Assembly: GCF_016432865.1 (NCBI RefSeq)
Contig: NC_067401.1
Location: 479,942,001 to 480,006,000, forward strand
Direction: 5' to 3'
DNA: 64,000 nt
Source of the DNA: Antechinus flavipes
Lineage: Eukaryota
Made by a program: the position numbers and the translations under genes
Notes under the pieces: model-generated
Database searches by the model: none
Seen by the model: only the letters and a program-made list of their open reading frames with translations
What the model was told of the DNA's origin: nothing
Part shown: positions 22,176-34,300 of the stretch, in pieces
How positions within the stretch are numbered: position 1 is the first letter of the stretch
Layout: the number at the start of each line of letters is the position of its first letter

Positions 22176-22440
22176 ATTTACATGTTGATTTACCCAGTAT
22201 TCTCTGCGTTTTTCCCAAAGAGAAAGTTCCCGGTGTTTGGCTAGAGAGTTTTCTCAGTTGCACAACCAATGAGTATCTGTTCCCTTAGTTGCGTAACCAC
22301 TGAGTAGCTTTTCCCTCAGTTGCACAGCCAATGAGCATCCAGTCCCCCCTGTAGAAGGCGTTGCTCGCAGTTTTTCTGCAGTCCATACCGCAAGAGTCGC
22401 ACCAGCCACCGAGAAGTCGCCGTGAGCTTACCCGGAGTGA
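22176..22440 (+). promoter_or_regulatory. snRNA promoter of U5 copy 2 (displaced DSE, 3 x 31-bp repeat, PSE)
   Basis: Octamer variant ATTTACAT 22176-22183; SPH-like TACCCAGTATTCTCTGCG 22191-22208; 31-bp units at 22253, 22284 and 22315; PSE TCGCCGTGAGCTTACCCG at 22417 (-60). Confidence 0.65.
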
Positions 22441-22476
22441 GTGCTACTGGGTCGGAGACGGCGAGGATCCGACAGC

Positions 22477-22592
22477 ATACTCTGGTTTCTCTTCAGATCG
22501 AATAAATCTTTCGCCTTTTACTAAAGATTTCCGTGGAGAGGAACAACCAAGAGTTTCTACCTAATTTTTCGAGGCCTTGTTTCTACAAGGCT
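22477..22592 (+). ncRNA. RNU5: U5 spliceosomal snRNA, copy 2 (variant)
   Basis: 116 nt; loop I intact; Sm site variant AATTTTTCG; perfect 3' stem GCCTTGT/ACAAGGC; 3' box GTTTTAAAAGCAGA at 22602-22615. Confidence 0.93.
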
Positions 22593-23374
22593 ATATTTTG
22601 TGTTTTAAAAGCAGACCTTAACTACTTAGTGGTATTTGCTATTTTTCTTTAGTTCACGTTTTTAGCACCTTGAAGTGTTGGAAGGATCTTTCCAAAATCG
22701 CAGGGCTTCTTCCTTCTACTGCATTTCAACGGGATCGCGGGCGAGTTCGTGGAGGCCAAACCGCTTAGTCGATAACTCCTTAATCCCAAATTCTGTCTAC
22801 AGCGGTAATCTCTCTCAACCCCCCACAGTCACGGTCTCCATGGGCCTCCATTTAATATTCTCTAAAAGGAGGTCAGGTGATTAGAGATCAGGGTTCATAA
22901 TTCAGCAGGATCTGAATTTCAATTCCGACTCATTCTGGCTTAGCGACTGTGTGTGACTCTTGACTAGTCACTTAGGTAAACTCAGCCTGTTTCTTCATGT
23001 ATAAAATGGTGCTACCCCTGCTATTGACCTTCACAAGGAAGATCAAATGCCGGACTATATTTAGTTCTTATCGAGCCTTAAAATGCCATACAGTAACTAA
23101 TGTTATTAGAACGCCTCAATAATAATAATACTAACAACAATAATGGCTAACTTACTACGCAACAGGTGCTGGGCTAAACACTTTACAATTATTATCTCAT
23201 TCGATACTCAAAGACAAACCTCGAAGCTGTAGAAGCAATCTATAATAATAGATGCTGTTATTGTCTCAGCTTTATAGATGGGGAAACTGAAGTAGACTGA
23301 GATCAAGTGACTTGTCCACTGTCCTAAAACTTATTAATAATGACGCCGATCTGAGGCTGGATTTAAACTCAATA

Positions 23375-24700
23375 ATCAATAAACATTTATTAAAGGCTCA
23401 CTACGTGCCAAATGTGCTGAACATTAGAGATCCAAAAAGAGGCAAAAGATAGTCTCTATCCTCAGGGAGGTTATACTGAAATAGAGGAGACAATAAACAA
23501 ATATATACGAGACAAAACGATATACAGGATAAATAGACAATAAGGGGGGGGGGAGGAGAGAGAATTAAAAGGGTTTAGGAAAGACTAGAAGATGGGCTTT
23601 TATTTGGCACTTAAAGGAAGTCAGATCAGAGGAGGGAGAGCTTTCCAAACATGAGAAAATGTCCAGATCAGAGAGATGGGAGGGTCTTGTTCCAGAAAAA
23701 GCCAGGAGGCCTGTGTCAGTAAGGTACATGTGGGGAGTAACACGCAAGAAAGGGAGGAGGGCACCAGGTTGTGAATGGCTTTGGGTGACAGGACATTCTG
23801 TATTTGCTCTTGAAGGCAACAGGCAGCCACTGGAATTTATTGAAGGGTAATGACATGATTAAAACTGGGGATTTGGGGGAAACTACTTTATGACTGAATG
23901 GAAGCTGGATTGGAGTGGTGAGAGACCATGGGGAGAGAGCTGGGCAGACTCCCCGCCTCCCAGGCTATTATAAAAATCCAAGCCTGGGGTGATGAAGGCT
24001 TGCACTGGAGGGTGCCCGTGTTAGTGGCAAGAAGGAGGCATATTTGAGAGATGCTGCAAAGGTGAAGTCTACAGGCCTTGGTAGCAGCTTGGACATGGGG
24101 AATGGGCGAGCGAGGAGGCCAGGATGACTCCTAGGTTGTAGGCCTGAGGGATGGAGAAGGGGCGCTGCCCTCTATCACCACAAGGGAGGGGGAAAAGCAT
24201 GGGTCAGGGGGAAAGAATGAGTTCAGTTCCGAGCATACTGAGTTTAAGATGTCTACTAGACATCCATTTTGGAATGACTGAAAGGCAGTTGGAGATTGGG
24301 AGTGATTGGAGAGACTGGGGCAAGGAAAGGTAGATTTGAATTTAAGTAAATCCATGTGAGAGCACCACATGAAATATTACGGAGGAAAAAGAAAAGGCCC
24401 CAGAATAGAAGTCTGAGGGAAATGGTTAGAGGATCTAAAGGAAAATCCAGGAGACAGAAAAAGAGAGGTTGGAGACATAGAGGGAGAGCAAGGAAAGAGA
24501 GGAAGAGTGTTCTGAAAACCTGGAGAGAAGAGAATGTCACGGAGGAGAGAGGGACCAACATGTCAGAGGCGGCAGAAAAATCAGAGAGAATGAGGATAGA
24601 GAAAAGATACATGTCATTGGTACCACTGGAGAGATCGGCTTCACTCAGATGATCAGGTCAGGGGTGGGACTGTAAGGGGAGAGGAGCAAGGAAGAGCTAC
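23375..24700 (-). mobile_element. L2 LINE remnant (continues at ~26030-26170)
   Basis: Reversed L2 3' end (AATCAATAAACATTTATTAAAGGCTCACTACGTGCCA) followed by typical reversed L2 ORF2-like sequence; interrupted by younger inserts. Confidence 0.7.
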
Positions 24701-24719
24701 CCCTTATGGATGCCTTTTC

Positions 24720-25360
24720 TTTTTTTTTTTTTTTGGAGTTGGAAATTTTATTTAATTTTATTTTTATAAAGCTTTTTATTTTCAAAATACCGCATAGATA
24801 GTTTTCAACATTCACTTTTTTTATAAAGAATCACAGATTTATTATTATTATTATTAATAATAATAATTTTTAATTGATAGAACACATGCCAGGGTAATTT
24901 TTTACAGCATTATCCCTTGCATTCACTTCTGTTCCGATTTTTCCCCTCCCTCCCTCCACCCCTTCCCCCAGATGGCAAGAGTCCTTTACATGTTGAATGG
25001 GTTGCAGTATATCCTAGATACAATATATGTGTGCAGAACCGAACAGTTTTCTTGTTGCACAGGGAGAACTGAATTCAGAAGGTAGAAATAACCCGGGAGG
25101 AAAAACATAAATGCAAGCAGTTTATATTCATTTCCAGTGTTCTTTCTCTGGGTGTAGCTGCTTCTGTCCATCTTTGATCAATTAAGGCTCTCTTTATCAA
25201 AGAGATCCACTTCCATCAGAATACATCCTCAAACAGTATCGTTTTTGAGGTATATAATGATCTCCTGGTTCTGCTCATTTCACTCAGCATCAGTTCATGT
25301 AAGTCTCGCCAGTCCTCTCTGTATTCATCCTGCTGGTCATTTCTTACAGAACAATAATAT
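24720..25360 (-). mobile_element. 5'-truncated marsupial L1 3' end with perfect 16-bp TSD
   Basis: Poly(T) at the left end; TSD TTATGGATGCCTTTTC at 24704-24719 and 25361-25376. Confidence 0.85.
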
Positions 25361-25501
25361 TTATGGATGCCTTTTCAAGGAGATCAACTACAAAGGGCAG
25401 AAGAGACCTGGACCTCCATTCGGGGTGATTAGTGGGGTTGGCAGAGAAAGTCTGAAGTACTGGTAAAATCAGCACTCCCTGAGGCAAGCAGGGAAAGGTA
25501 C

Positions 25502-26020
25502 TGTTGGGGATCAGCTCAGCCTTCCAGTCCTACTCCTGTGGGGGTCTTGGGTAATCCCACCTTACTGTATCCAATCAAAAAGCCAAATGATGATGATCCC
25601 TGAGGTCAAATTTCCCCTATAAATCTGCCCATGGCCTATGCTATCTTAACTGAATCCCTGTTGGCCTTAGGCCAGCCTCAGTGTTCTGCCTCTGATGTCT
25701 TTCTCCCTCCCCCCACACTTCATATAGCTATGGCTAACTCTTTTAGGGTGCTACACTCCTTTGTGTTTTTAGCTCACCAGTTAATGGCATTCTCCCACCT
25801 TATGGAGTATTCCCTGGGAATTTCACCGGGGAACTTGACTTTCCCCTTGTTAATGGTTAAAACCCACTCTGTGTCTAATTTATCTCCTTTTTGACTGTAA
25901 CCTCGTCTCATAAATAAAGGGACCTCCTGGCAAAGAGAAAGCCCTTGTGAATTCATCACATGACCGAACCCATCACTTGGTATAAAACTCCACATTTGTT
26001 GCCAGACCTCAACCTCATCA
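25502..26020 (+). mobile_element. Probable solo LTR
   Basis: Starts TGTTGGGG; TATAAA at 25618; AATAAA at 25913; ends ...CA. TSD not clear. Confidence 0.5.
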
Positions 26021-26529
26021 CTAGTACAATAATTAGCAGGGATGAGAAAATCAAGGTCAGGTTGTTGTGGGTTTTTTCAGGTTTTTTTCAGGATGAAAGA
26101 AACATGGACATGTTTGTGGGGCAGGAGGGAAGGTGTCAGAAGAGAAGGAGAGATTGAAAATAAGTGAGAGTTGGCATATGAAGATAATGGAATATTATTG
26201 TACTATTAAAAAATGATGAACAAGCTGATTATAGGAAAGCCTGGAAGGATTTACATGAACTGATGCTGAGGGAAGCAAGCAGAACCAGGAATACACTGTG
26301 CAAAATAACAGCAAGTGTGCAATAATCAACTCTGAAAGGCTCCGTTCTTCTCAGAGGTTCTGTGATTCAAAGCAATCCCAATAGACTTTGGATAGAAAAC
26401 ACCATCTGCGGCCAGAGAAAGAACTGAGGAGAATGAATGTAAATCAATTTGTGCTGTGTTCGCTTCTTTTTTCTGTTTTTTTTTTTTTTTTCTCTCTCCT
26501 GGGAGCGACTTTCCTTCTAAGAATTGCCA

Positions 26530-26948
26530 TGTACGCCATGTCAGCTGGTGGGGCGGGTCCAGGAGGTAGAGGGGGGCTCGGCCTCTGAGGCAGCAGCTTG
26601 TGTCTTACAGGTGTTAAAGTTTCTTGGGATGGCGAGGGGCGTGTCCTCTTGCTACATCTCTTCTTGGGACTCAGCACTAACTCCAGGTGTCTCCCTTCTG
26701 CGGATCCACCCACGCAGTGCTGAGGGGGCTGGGCACGGGGTGATCCCAGAGGAGAGTGAATGTAAATGGCCAGCTTCCCTGAAGGAGGGAGGCAGAGGGA
26801 GGCAGAGAGGGAGGCAGGGAGGCAGGGAGGCAGAGAGAGGGAGGCAGGGAGGCAGAGAGGGAGGCGCAGAGACATACACCGCTGACCCTGCTGGGATTAC
26901 CAATAAAGAAAGGCTGTTGGGCCCCCTAACATTGGTCTTGTCTCCACA
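26530..26948 (+). mobile_element. Possible solo LTR inside an L1 3' remnant
   Basis: TG...CA ends; AATAAA at 26902-26907; internal GGGAGGCAG repeats; L1-3'UTR-like flanks. No TSD found. Confidence 0.4.
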
Positions 26949-28657
26949 TCTATGAGGAAGATGGGTATGTATGGTCCTGGCCATCAGTAGCCTTGGAGAG
27001 GTAGGAGGTCACACTTTCCTGTGGTTTTTCCAGAACTTTTGTTCTGATTTTTCTCTCCCAACATGATTCATAAAGCAATGTGTGTTTAAAATAAATAGGA
27101 AAAAAAGAAAGAAAGGAATCGAGAGTGGGGATGAGAGAGGAAACTGTGCAAGGGGAGAAAGGAAGGACCAGGATCACAAGGCAAAGGGGTCAGCCTTGAT
27201 AAGGAGCTATTTCATCACACCAGATGTAGCAGGAGGACAGCTGGGCAGAAGGCATCCGTGGTCCCTTCCAGCTTTAAGGCAAAAAAAGAACACCCCCCCC
27301 ATTTTATTCAAAGTCTACAATGTGTCCTTCCTCTCCCTCCCTTATCCACACAGCTGCCAAAGCATCTTTCTCCTAAAATGCTGCTCTGACCATATTCTCC
27401 ACTCAAGAAGCTGCCCTTGACTCCTGGTTTCTAGGATTAAACAGAGGCTTCTGGCTTTGACCCCTGAGCGTTATTTTTCACTTTTGTCTGGCTTAACTGG
27501 CTTCCTTGCTGTCCCTCGAGTTCTCCCACTCCATGGAGGTTTGCTAGCAGGCCCCCTCCCCACTCTCCCTCACTCCCACCCCTCAATGAGCATTACTGAG
27601 TGAACCAGACAAGCCTGGAGGCAAAGGCAGGGAAGGCAATGATCAACATTTATTCATTGCGGTCACCTGCCTCACTTTCTCCTCCGGAGCCATCTGGGCT
27701 TGGTGGCCAGGTAGAGACCCGGTGGGCTGCAGATGCCCCCGGATGCAGTGGGAGCCCTTGGCCACACTTGGTAGCAATCAAGGGAAAGAATGGACTCTCT
27801 CTCCTAGTCAGAAATAAATAAATAAAGCTTGGAGGGACCAAATGATGAGGTTGGGTTCGGTCACGTGAGGACTGGCCATTCTCTGGCAAAAGGTAGGTTT
27901 ATTTATTTGTTTACAGACAAAATGAGGTTACAACGGACACTAGGAGTGGTCAGTATGAAGTAGACCCCAGGAGGCCTGGGGGAGCGGGGGAGGCAGCACG
28001 CCCGGCGGACGGACCCAAAAGGGATTCGGCAAACACGGCCTGGGCCACGGGCAGATTTCTAGGGGACACTTAACCTCGCCTGACTTTCGGATCGGGAACG
28101 CAGAGCGGGGCGACCCCAGACCTCCCTAGGAGGAGACTGAGGGTGGGAGACTGAGGGGCTGAGCCGATCCCCATCAGCTCCTTGCCTCAGGGAGTGATCT
28201 CATCAGTACTTCCGGCTTCCTCTGCCAACCTCACCTCGTGACCCAGAACTCGTCGGTGTCTGAGGCGAATTCGAACCCAGATCTTCCTAATTACCCCGTG
28301 GGCCCCCAGCTTCTTGCGGACTGTGCCCGGGGGATGCTCGGAGAAGGCGCAAATGGAGGAGGCTCGGACTGGATGCGTTTGGTCTCGAGCCTGGGGGACC
28401 GGAACCGAAGCGGCCGAAGTCGGAGCAAGAGGTGGGGAGGGAGGGTAAAGGGAGAGGGCAGGTCTGGGGGAACGGACGGGAGCGGGGGCAGCCCGGGGCC
28501 GGGGCCCGAGCGTCCGTCTGGGAGGAGACACGCTGCGCGTCCTGAGCTGGGATTCCCAAACCAGAGACCAGGGCGAGGGTGCGGAGAACGTCAGGGAGGC
28601 CCAGGGCCCCGGGGAGGAAGACCGACAGTGAGGGCAACTGAAGCAGCGACCGAGCTC

Positions 28658-28843
28658 ATCTGCATACCCACAATGCAGTGCGTCCAGGCTCTTCTCAGCC
28701 GCCCGCCCGCAAGTGACTTCTCCTGGAGTCCAAGGGCCAGGGTTCGTCCTGGGCTGGACTGTCGCGTGCGAGGTCCCGAGGCAGAATGAAGGGGCCCTTC
28801 TCTCCGTGGGAGGAAATGGTCGCCGTGAGTGTACCCGAGGTGA
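28658..28843 (+). promoter_or_regulatory. snRNA promoter of U5 copy 3 (DSE + PSE)
   Basis: Octamer variant ATCTGCAT 28658-28665; SPH-like TACCCACAATGCAGTGCG 28665-28682; PSE TCGCCGTGAGTGTACCCG at 28820 (-60). Confidence 0.8.
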
Positions 28844-28879
28844 CGGTTCCAGGGCCGGGCAGGGACGCAAGGAGCGGGC

Positions 28880-28995
28880 ATACTCTGGTTTCTCTTCAGA
28901 TCGTATAAATCTTTCGCCTTTTACTAAAGATTTCCGTGGAGAGGAACAGTTAAGAGTTTTTAACTAATTTTTTGAGGCCTCGTTTTTGCGAGGCT
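28880..28995 (+). ncRNA. RNU5: U5 spliceosomal snRNA, copy 3
   Basis: 116 nt; loop I GCCTTTTAC; Sm site AATTTTTTG; 3' stem GCCTCGT/GCGAGGC. Confidence 0.96.
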
Positions 28996-29289
28996 CCCAT
29001 TTCAAAGTTAAAACAGTAGCTGGCGCTGCGAGCTTTTCTTAGCACTTCCCGCTTCGCCATTAGGTGGCGTGGAAGGTAGTGTTATGATTTAATCGCACCA
29101 AAACCATTGAAGCCTCCCACGGTTCTCAGAGCACCGACTATTGCTTCTGAAACCGTGGCGTGTGCTTAATCTTCTGTCGCATGGATGGGGACGTCTACGG
29201 AGGCCCCCCTATTACATCGAGATCGTTTTTCCGTAGCGAGCCTTTTTTTGTGTAATTTCTTGGCAGTTTTGGTCTGTGTTTTTGCATTA

Positions 29290-29890
29290 TCTTCCTGTAG
29301 TGTTGTGTAACCTCTGCAGTGATACTGTAGTCTCCTTGTAGTGATACTATCATCTTTTTGTAGTTACTTTCTTGTGTAACCTCTGCAGTGATACTCTAGT
29401 CTCCTTGTAGTGAAAATATCATCTTTTTGTAGTTACTTTCTTGTGTAATCTCTGCAGTGATACTCTAGTCTCCTTGTAGTGATACTATCATCTTTTTGTA
29501 GTTACTTTCTTGTGTAATCTCTGCAGTGATACTCAAATCTTTCTGTAGTGTTATTGTCTTGTGTAATCTCTGCAGTGATTGTGTAATTTCTTTCTAGTGA
29601 TGCTCTATACTTATAGTGATACTGTCATCGTTTTGTAGTTACTTTCTTGTGTAATCTGTAGTGATACTCTACATTGTAACCTTTTTGTAGTGTTAGTCTT
29701 GTGTAAATCTCTTTGCAGTGATACTCTAGTGTAGTCTTGTAGCGATACCGTCATCTCTTTGTAGTGATACTCTACATTGTAATCTTTCTGTAGAGTTACC
29801 GTGTTGTGTAATCTCTTTGCAGTAATACTCTGTAGTGTACTATTTTTGTAGTTACCGACTTGTTCAATCTTTTTATAGCGATACGTTTTG
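29290..29890. repeat. Higher-order minisatellite (69-bp units built of GTAGTGATACT sub-repeats)
   Basis: TGTGTAA(C/T)CTCTGCAGTGATACT recurs at 29304, 29373, 29442 and 29511 (period 69), then degenerates. Confidence 0.85.
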
Positions 29891-31368
29891 TGTGATCTGT
29901 TTTCGCTTGCTGTGACCGTCCCCGTCTCTCCCCTCCCTCCCCTAGCTGAGGCACACTGGAGTTACGTGTCTCGCCTAGGCTCCAAAACGGGCATTAGGTG
30001 TCAGAAGCCAGATTTGACTCGGGCGCAAACCTTCGGACTACCGGCCTGGCCCTCTAGCTGTCAGTGTGTGCTCTAGACGTTCATTTGTAGCTTCCCTCGG
30101 ATAAGGGGGAGGCGCTGATCGGGACGTGTCCGATGGCTTTGCTCCAATTTTGTTGGTAAAGCCGAAACTAGCGCCAGCTCACGGAAGAACCTTCTGCTGA
30201 CCTCGTCCGCTCCTCCGATCCCGGCGAACCCACTGACCTCACTGTACACACAAGTATTCCTAGCAGCTTTATTCGTAATAATGAAAAAACGGAAACCACC
30301 CACGTGCCCGACTGAGGAATGTCTGAATCGAGAGGGCTGTGAGCGTCAGAGAACATTGTTGTGCCAGACACGGAAGACCGATACAGAGGTCACGGGGAAA
30401 GACTCGTGAATTAGGTAAAGCTGAAAACCCGGTAGCCGAAAAATAGCCGGATCTTGACAACACAGACAGGAGGGAACTGAGGAAGAGGCCTGTTCTCCTC
30501 AGAATGTCCTCGGTGACACGTAAACTGGATTTTATGGTTTGGGCGATGATTTGGTGCCTTAATTTGTTTTTGGTTTCTTAGACGGCCACTGACATGATAA
30601 TAAAATTTGCTTTGAAAGAGAGGGCACGTTCCGGAAATGTTACAGATATAGGCACTGCAACACTTGCTGGGTAGAGGGTGAGTAAGGGAGAGAGGAGTCG
30701 AGGGTGGTGACTGGGAAGATGGTGTCCTGCAAAGTAAGAGGGAGCGGTTGGGGAAGGATGAACGAGTTCAGCTTGGGCCGTGTTGAACTTGAGATGTCTA
30801 CGGGAAATCCAGATGGAGATGTGTCTACAAGATAATTCAGGACCCGAATTCAGGAGAGGCAAGCGCTGCGCTTCTAGATGTGGGAGTCATCCGCGTAGAA
30901 ATAAACGGAGTTAGAATATATCTAGAGCTCGGGGCTAGGGGACTGAACGCCAGGGTTCCGAATCCTGCCTTTGCCACCCGCTAGCTGTGTGACTTTGGAC
31001 AACTCATCTGCATCTGGGGGGCCACGGCGGGGGCAGGTGGGAGTAGGGATCAGAATCAGAAAGGAAGCAGGCAGTGAATAAAGGACCTGGCGCTTAGAGA
31101 TGGGGAGAGGGTTCCGCTCCAACAGTGGCGGTAGCCGCAGGCTGAGGTCTTTAATCCCGCCCACCTCCACTCCAGGTCAGAGAGTCCGCAGAAGGTGCTG
31201 GAAGATAGAGTCCCGGTCGAAGTGTTCAAAAGCTGTACGTGAGACACAGCGCGGAGGATGCTGGGGCTACTGTAACGCCCGCTGGCGCGGAGGATACCGG
31301 CGGTGTAGTTCAGAGCAAGGCGGGGGGAGTCTCTAGAGGCCTGGGGGGGCCCACCCGGTCTAACTCGG

Positions 31369-34300
31369 TCACTTGGACTGCAGTTCCAGGTAGCGGTGGT
31401 GCTCGCGGGGCGTGGTCCCCTTTCGGCGGCGCCCCTGGATGCTCCGCGTCCCTTCTCCCCGGCGCAGGGCGTGGCACTTCCAGGCCTCGGCAATTTGCTC
31501 TACCTGGGGGAGGGGCGCAGACTTGTCAGCGTAAAAACGCTCTAGAGGGAAGGGACTTCGGGGGCGCCAGGAGGTTGGGGGCGGGGCTCCTTGGGGACAG
31601 CACACTAAGCACTATGGGGGGGACGCCGCATGCTCGGGGCTCCCTATGAAAAACGGAGATTCCGTGTGGGGGCGCACTAGGGCATGCGTGGGAGATGCAC
31701 CGTAAGGACGAGGGCGGGGGCGCGTGGTTGGGTTTGTCGGGGTGGAGAGGCGGGGTCTGGCAGCCTGCGGGTGGCTCCCCTACCGGGATAAAAGGCTCGA
31801 CCCGGTTTTGCTCTTCCAGTGAGCTCAGCTCCGAGGGGGACAGCAGAGGCAGCCGCAGCTCCCGCACCACGGCCTGGGCCACCTGCTCCATCGGCTGCTC
31901 CAGCACCGCCTGAAACAGAGCCCCGCCCCCGCCCAGGCCTCGCACCTCCACTAACCCCAGCCCGGCCCTCCCCGGCTCTTCCGCCCCGAGGTTCGGCCCG
32001 GAGCCCCCCTTCCTCCCCCGAGGCCGGGCCGGGGCTTCTCCGGGATCAGCCCGTTCACTCCCCTCGGGGAACCTAAGGCAGCCGGGGCAGGCGGCCCAGG
32101 CCCGGGGCTCACCGAGCTGACCCGCGCCCAGTGGCGGGTGGCGGCAATGAGCTCGACTTCGTCCACTGCCAGGCGGTCACTGCGGAGCACGGGGATCAGG
32201 GCGGCCGAGGAAAGCTCGTGGAAGGCCGGGGTCCTCAGGACGTCCTGGCGAGGCAGCCCAGGGTCAGGCCGGAGCTGCCGCGGGGCCTTCCCCGCGCTCC
32301 CCCCTCCCCCAGGGGTGGGCAGCCCGGGCAGTACCTGGGCATGGCCGTCGATGAAATGAAGGCACCTCTCCCGCAACAGCCGCAAGCCAAAGGTCACCGC
32401 CACCTGTCCAGGGCACACACCGGGGAGGGAGGGGGTTCAGGCCAGGCCTGCCTGGACCCCGGGAGCCCAGATGGCCAGAGGAGCCTCCCCTAGGACTCTC
32501 TGGAAGGCCCGAGTTCAGATTTGCTCTCGAATCCTGGGCAAGTCACTTCACTTCTCCCTCCTCTCCCCCTTTAAAATGAGGCTCCCCGTAGCACCCCCTT
32601 GTCCTTTCAAATGAAACCTGTATGAAAGGGTCCTGGTGTGCTCAAGAAATGCTTGTTTCCCTCTTGTGAAATGGGAGAGAATGGAAGTCTGTCCCAGCAG
32701 GATGAATCAGGGGAAAAAGATTTAGAGCAAGAGAGGCCTTCTAGGAGCCAGCAGATCCAAGTCCCTAGTCCTCCAGAGAAGGAAACTAGGGTCTATCCAT
32801 CGATGCTTGCATTTCAAAGCCATTCTAAAGGCTTTGGGGAGAGCTGAGAACCAGGCCTGGCCCAGTCAGGGGTGGGGACCCAGAGGGGAGGAGCATCAAA
32901 GCAGCAGGGAGGCCGGATTTATTCACAATCTCCTGGGCTGTGGCTGTGGCTCTGTGGCTTTCTGGTTTACAAAGTGTTTTCTTTCAAAGGGGGAGAGGGG
33001 AAAGGGGAACGATCCTTATCTAGATCCTGCCCATGACACAGATGGATCAAGGACAAACTGAGGCCCCACTCCAAACTGGGGGAGGGATGGAGAGGCAAGG
33101 CCTGTGTTTGATACATTTTACAAAGAGAGAAAATGGGGGAGAGGGCAGCAGGCTTCAGCCACAGCCCACAACCACTTGTTTATCACAACAGGAAACTGGG
33201 AGAAGTGGCCAGGAAGGTTACAGCTATTCTTAGCCCTGGAGCCTGAGTGGCCCACCCTTGTCTGGGGCTTCTGGGGTTCCCTGCCTGGGGCTGCCAGCCT
33301 GGGTAAACGTGGCAAGGGCCAGGCCCTAGGACCCTCACAGGAAATGCCCATCCTCCCAACAGCCAGGTGGACAGGACCAGCCCCATAGGCACCTTGATTC
33401 ACTACCATGTGTACACACACACACACTGTGTCACACAACTGCACCCCCTGAGGGGCCGTTCAGTTTTTTACTGAGCAAAGACTTGCCTGTGCCAGAGACC
33501 TTCCACAAAGTTCCTAGCAGAATTCACAAAAGGGAAAGGGAGCCCCCCCATGAGGGATCCCAGAAAAGGGGGAACAAGAGTAACTTCAGGCTCTTTTCTC
33601 AGGGGGCTCCCAGTCTGAGAGACAGAGGAAAAAACACTATATGCACTGTGGTCAAGGAGGATCAAAGCTCTGGAACCGGGCTTTGAAGGATGGGAAATTG
33701 CTGCAGGTCCAAAAAGCTAAGGGCACTCAAATGAGCTCCCAGAAACCCACCATTCTGACACTGGCAACTCAGCCCCAAGCAGCCACTGGGGGCCCTCCCA
33801 CTCCCTGCTGCGGCTGTGCCCACACTTCAGACCACTCCCTGCGATCACATTCATTTTGCTGCTCCCCATGTGGCTGGGGCTGGGTGAGGACGGGTTGGGG
33901 GTGGATCGGAGGATCCAGACTCACCTGTAGGGCCTCACAGACAAGCTCCACGTCCAGGTTATGCACCACAAATTCCACACACAGCTGGGGAAGAGACAGG
34001 CAGGGGTTTGGAAAGAGGGGAAGAAAGACAAACCCTTTACCCCCCCTCAACATGGTAAGTCCCAGGAAAGGGGGCTGGGTGTTGGTGAGCTCTGGGGGGG
34101 AGGATGACCGCAGATCTCTCGCAGCCCCCGCTGGCCCCCAAAAAAGGACCTGAAGGTACTACCACTTGGGTCCAAATTCTGGTTCTTAGGTGACCCTGGT
34201 CAATCCCTGCCCTGTCTGAGGGTTCTTTCCCACCCGAGTCCTGTGCCCCACTTTTCCAGACCATGTTAGTTGGGCCCAGCTGTAGAGGGGACATTCTCTG

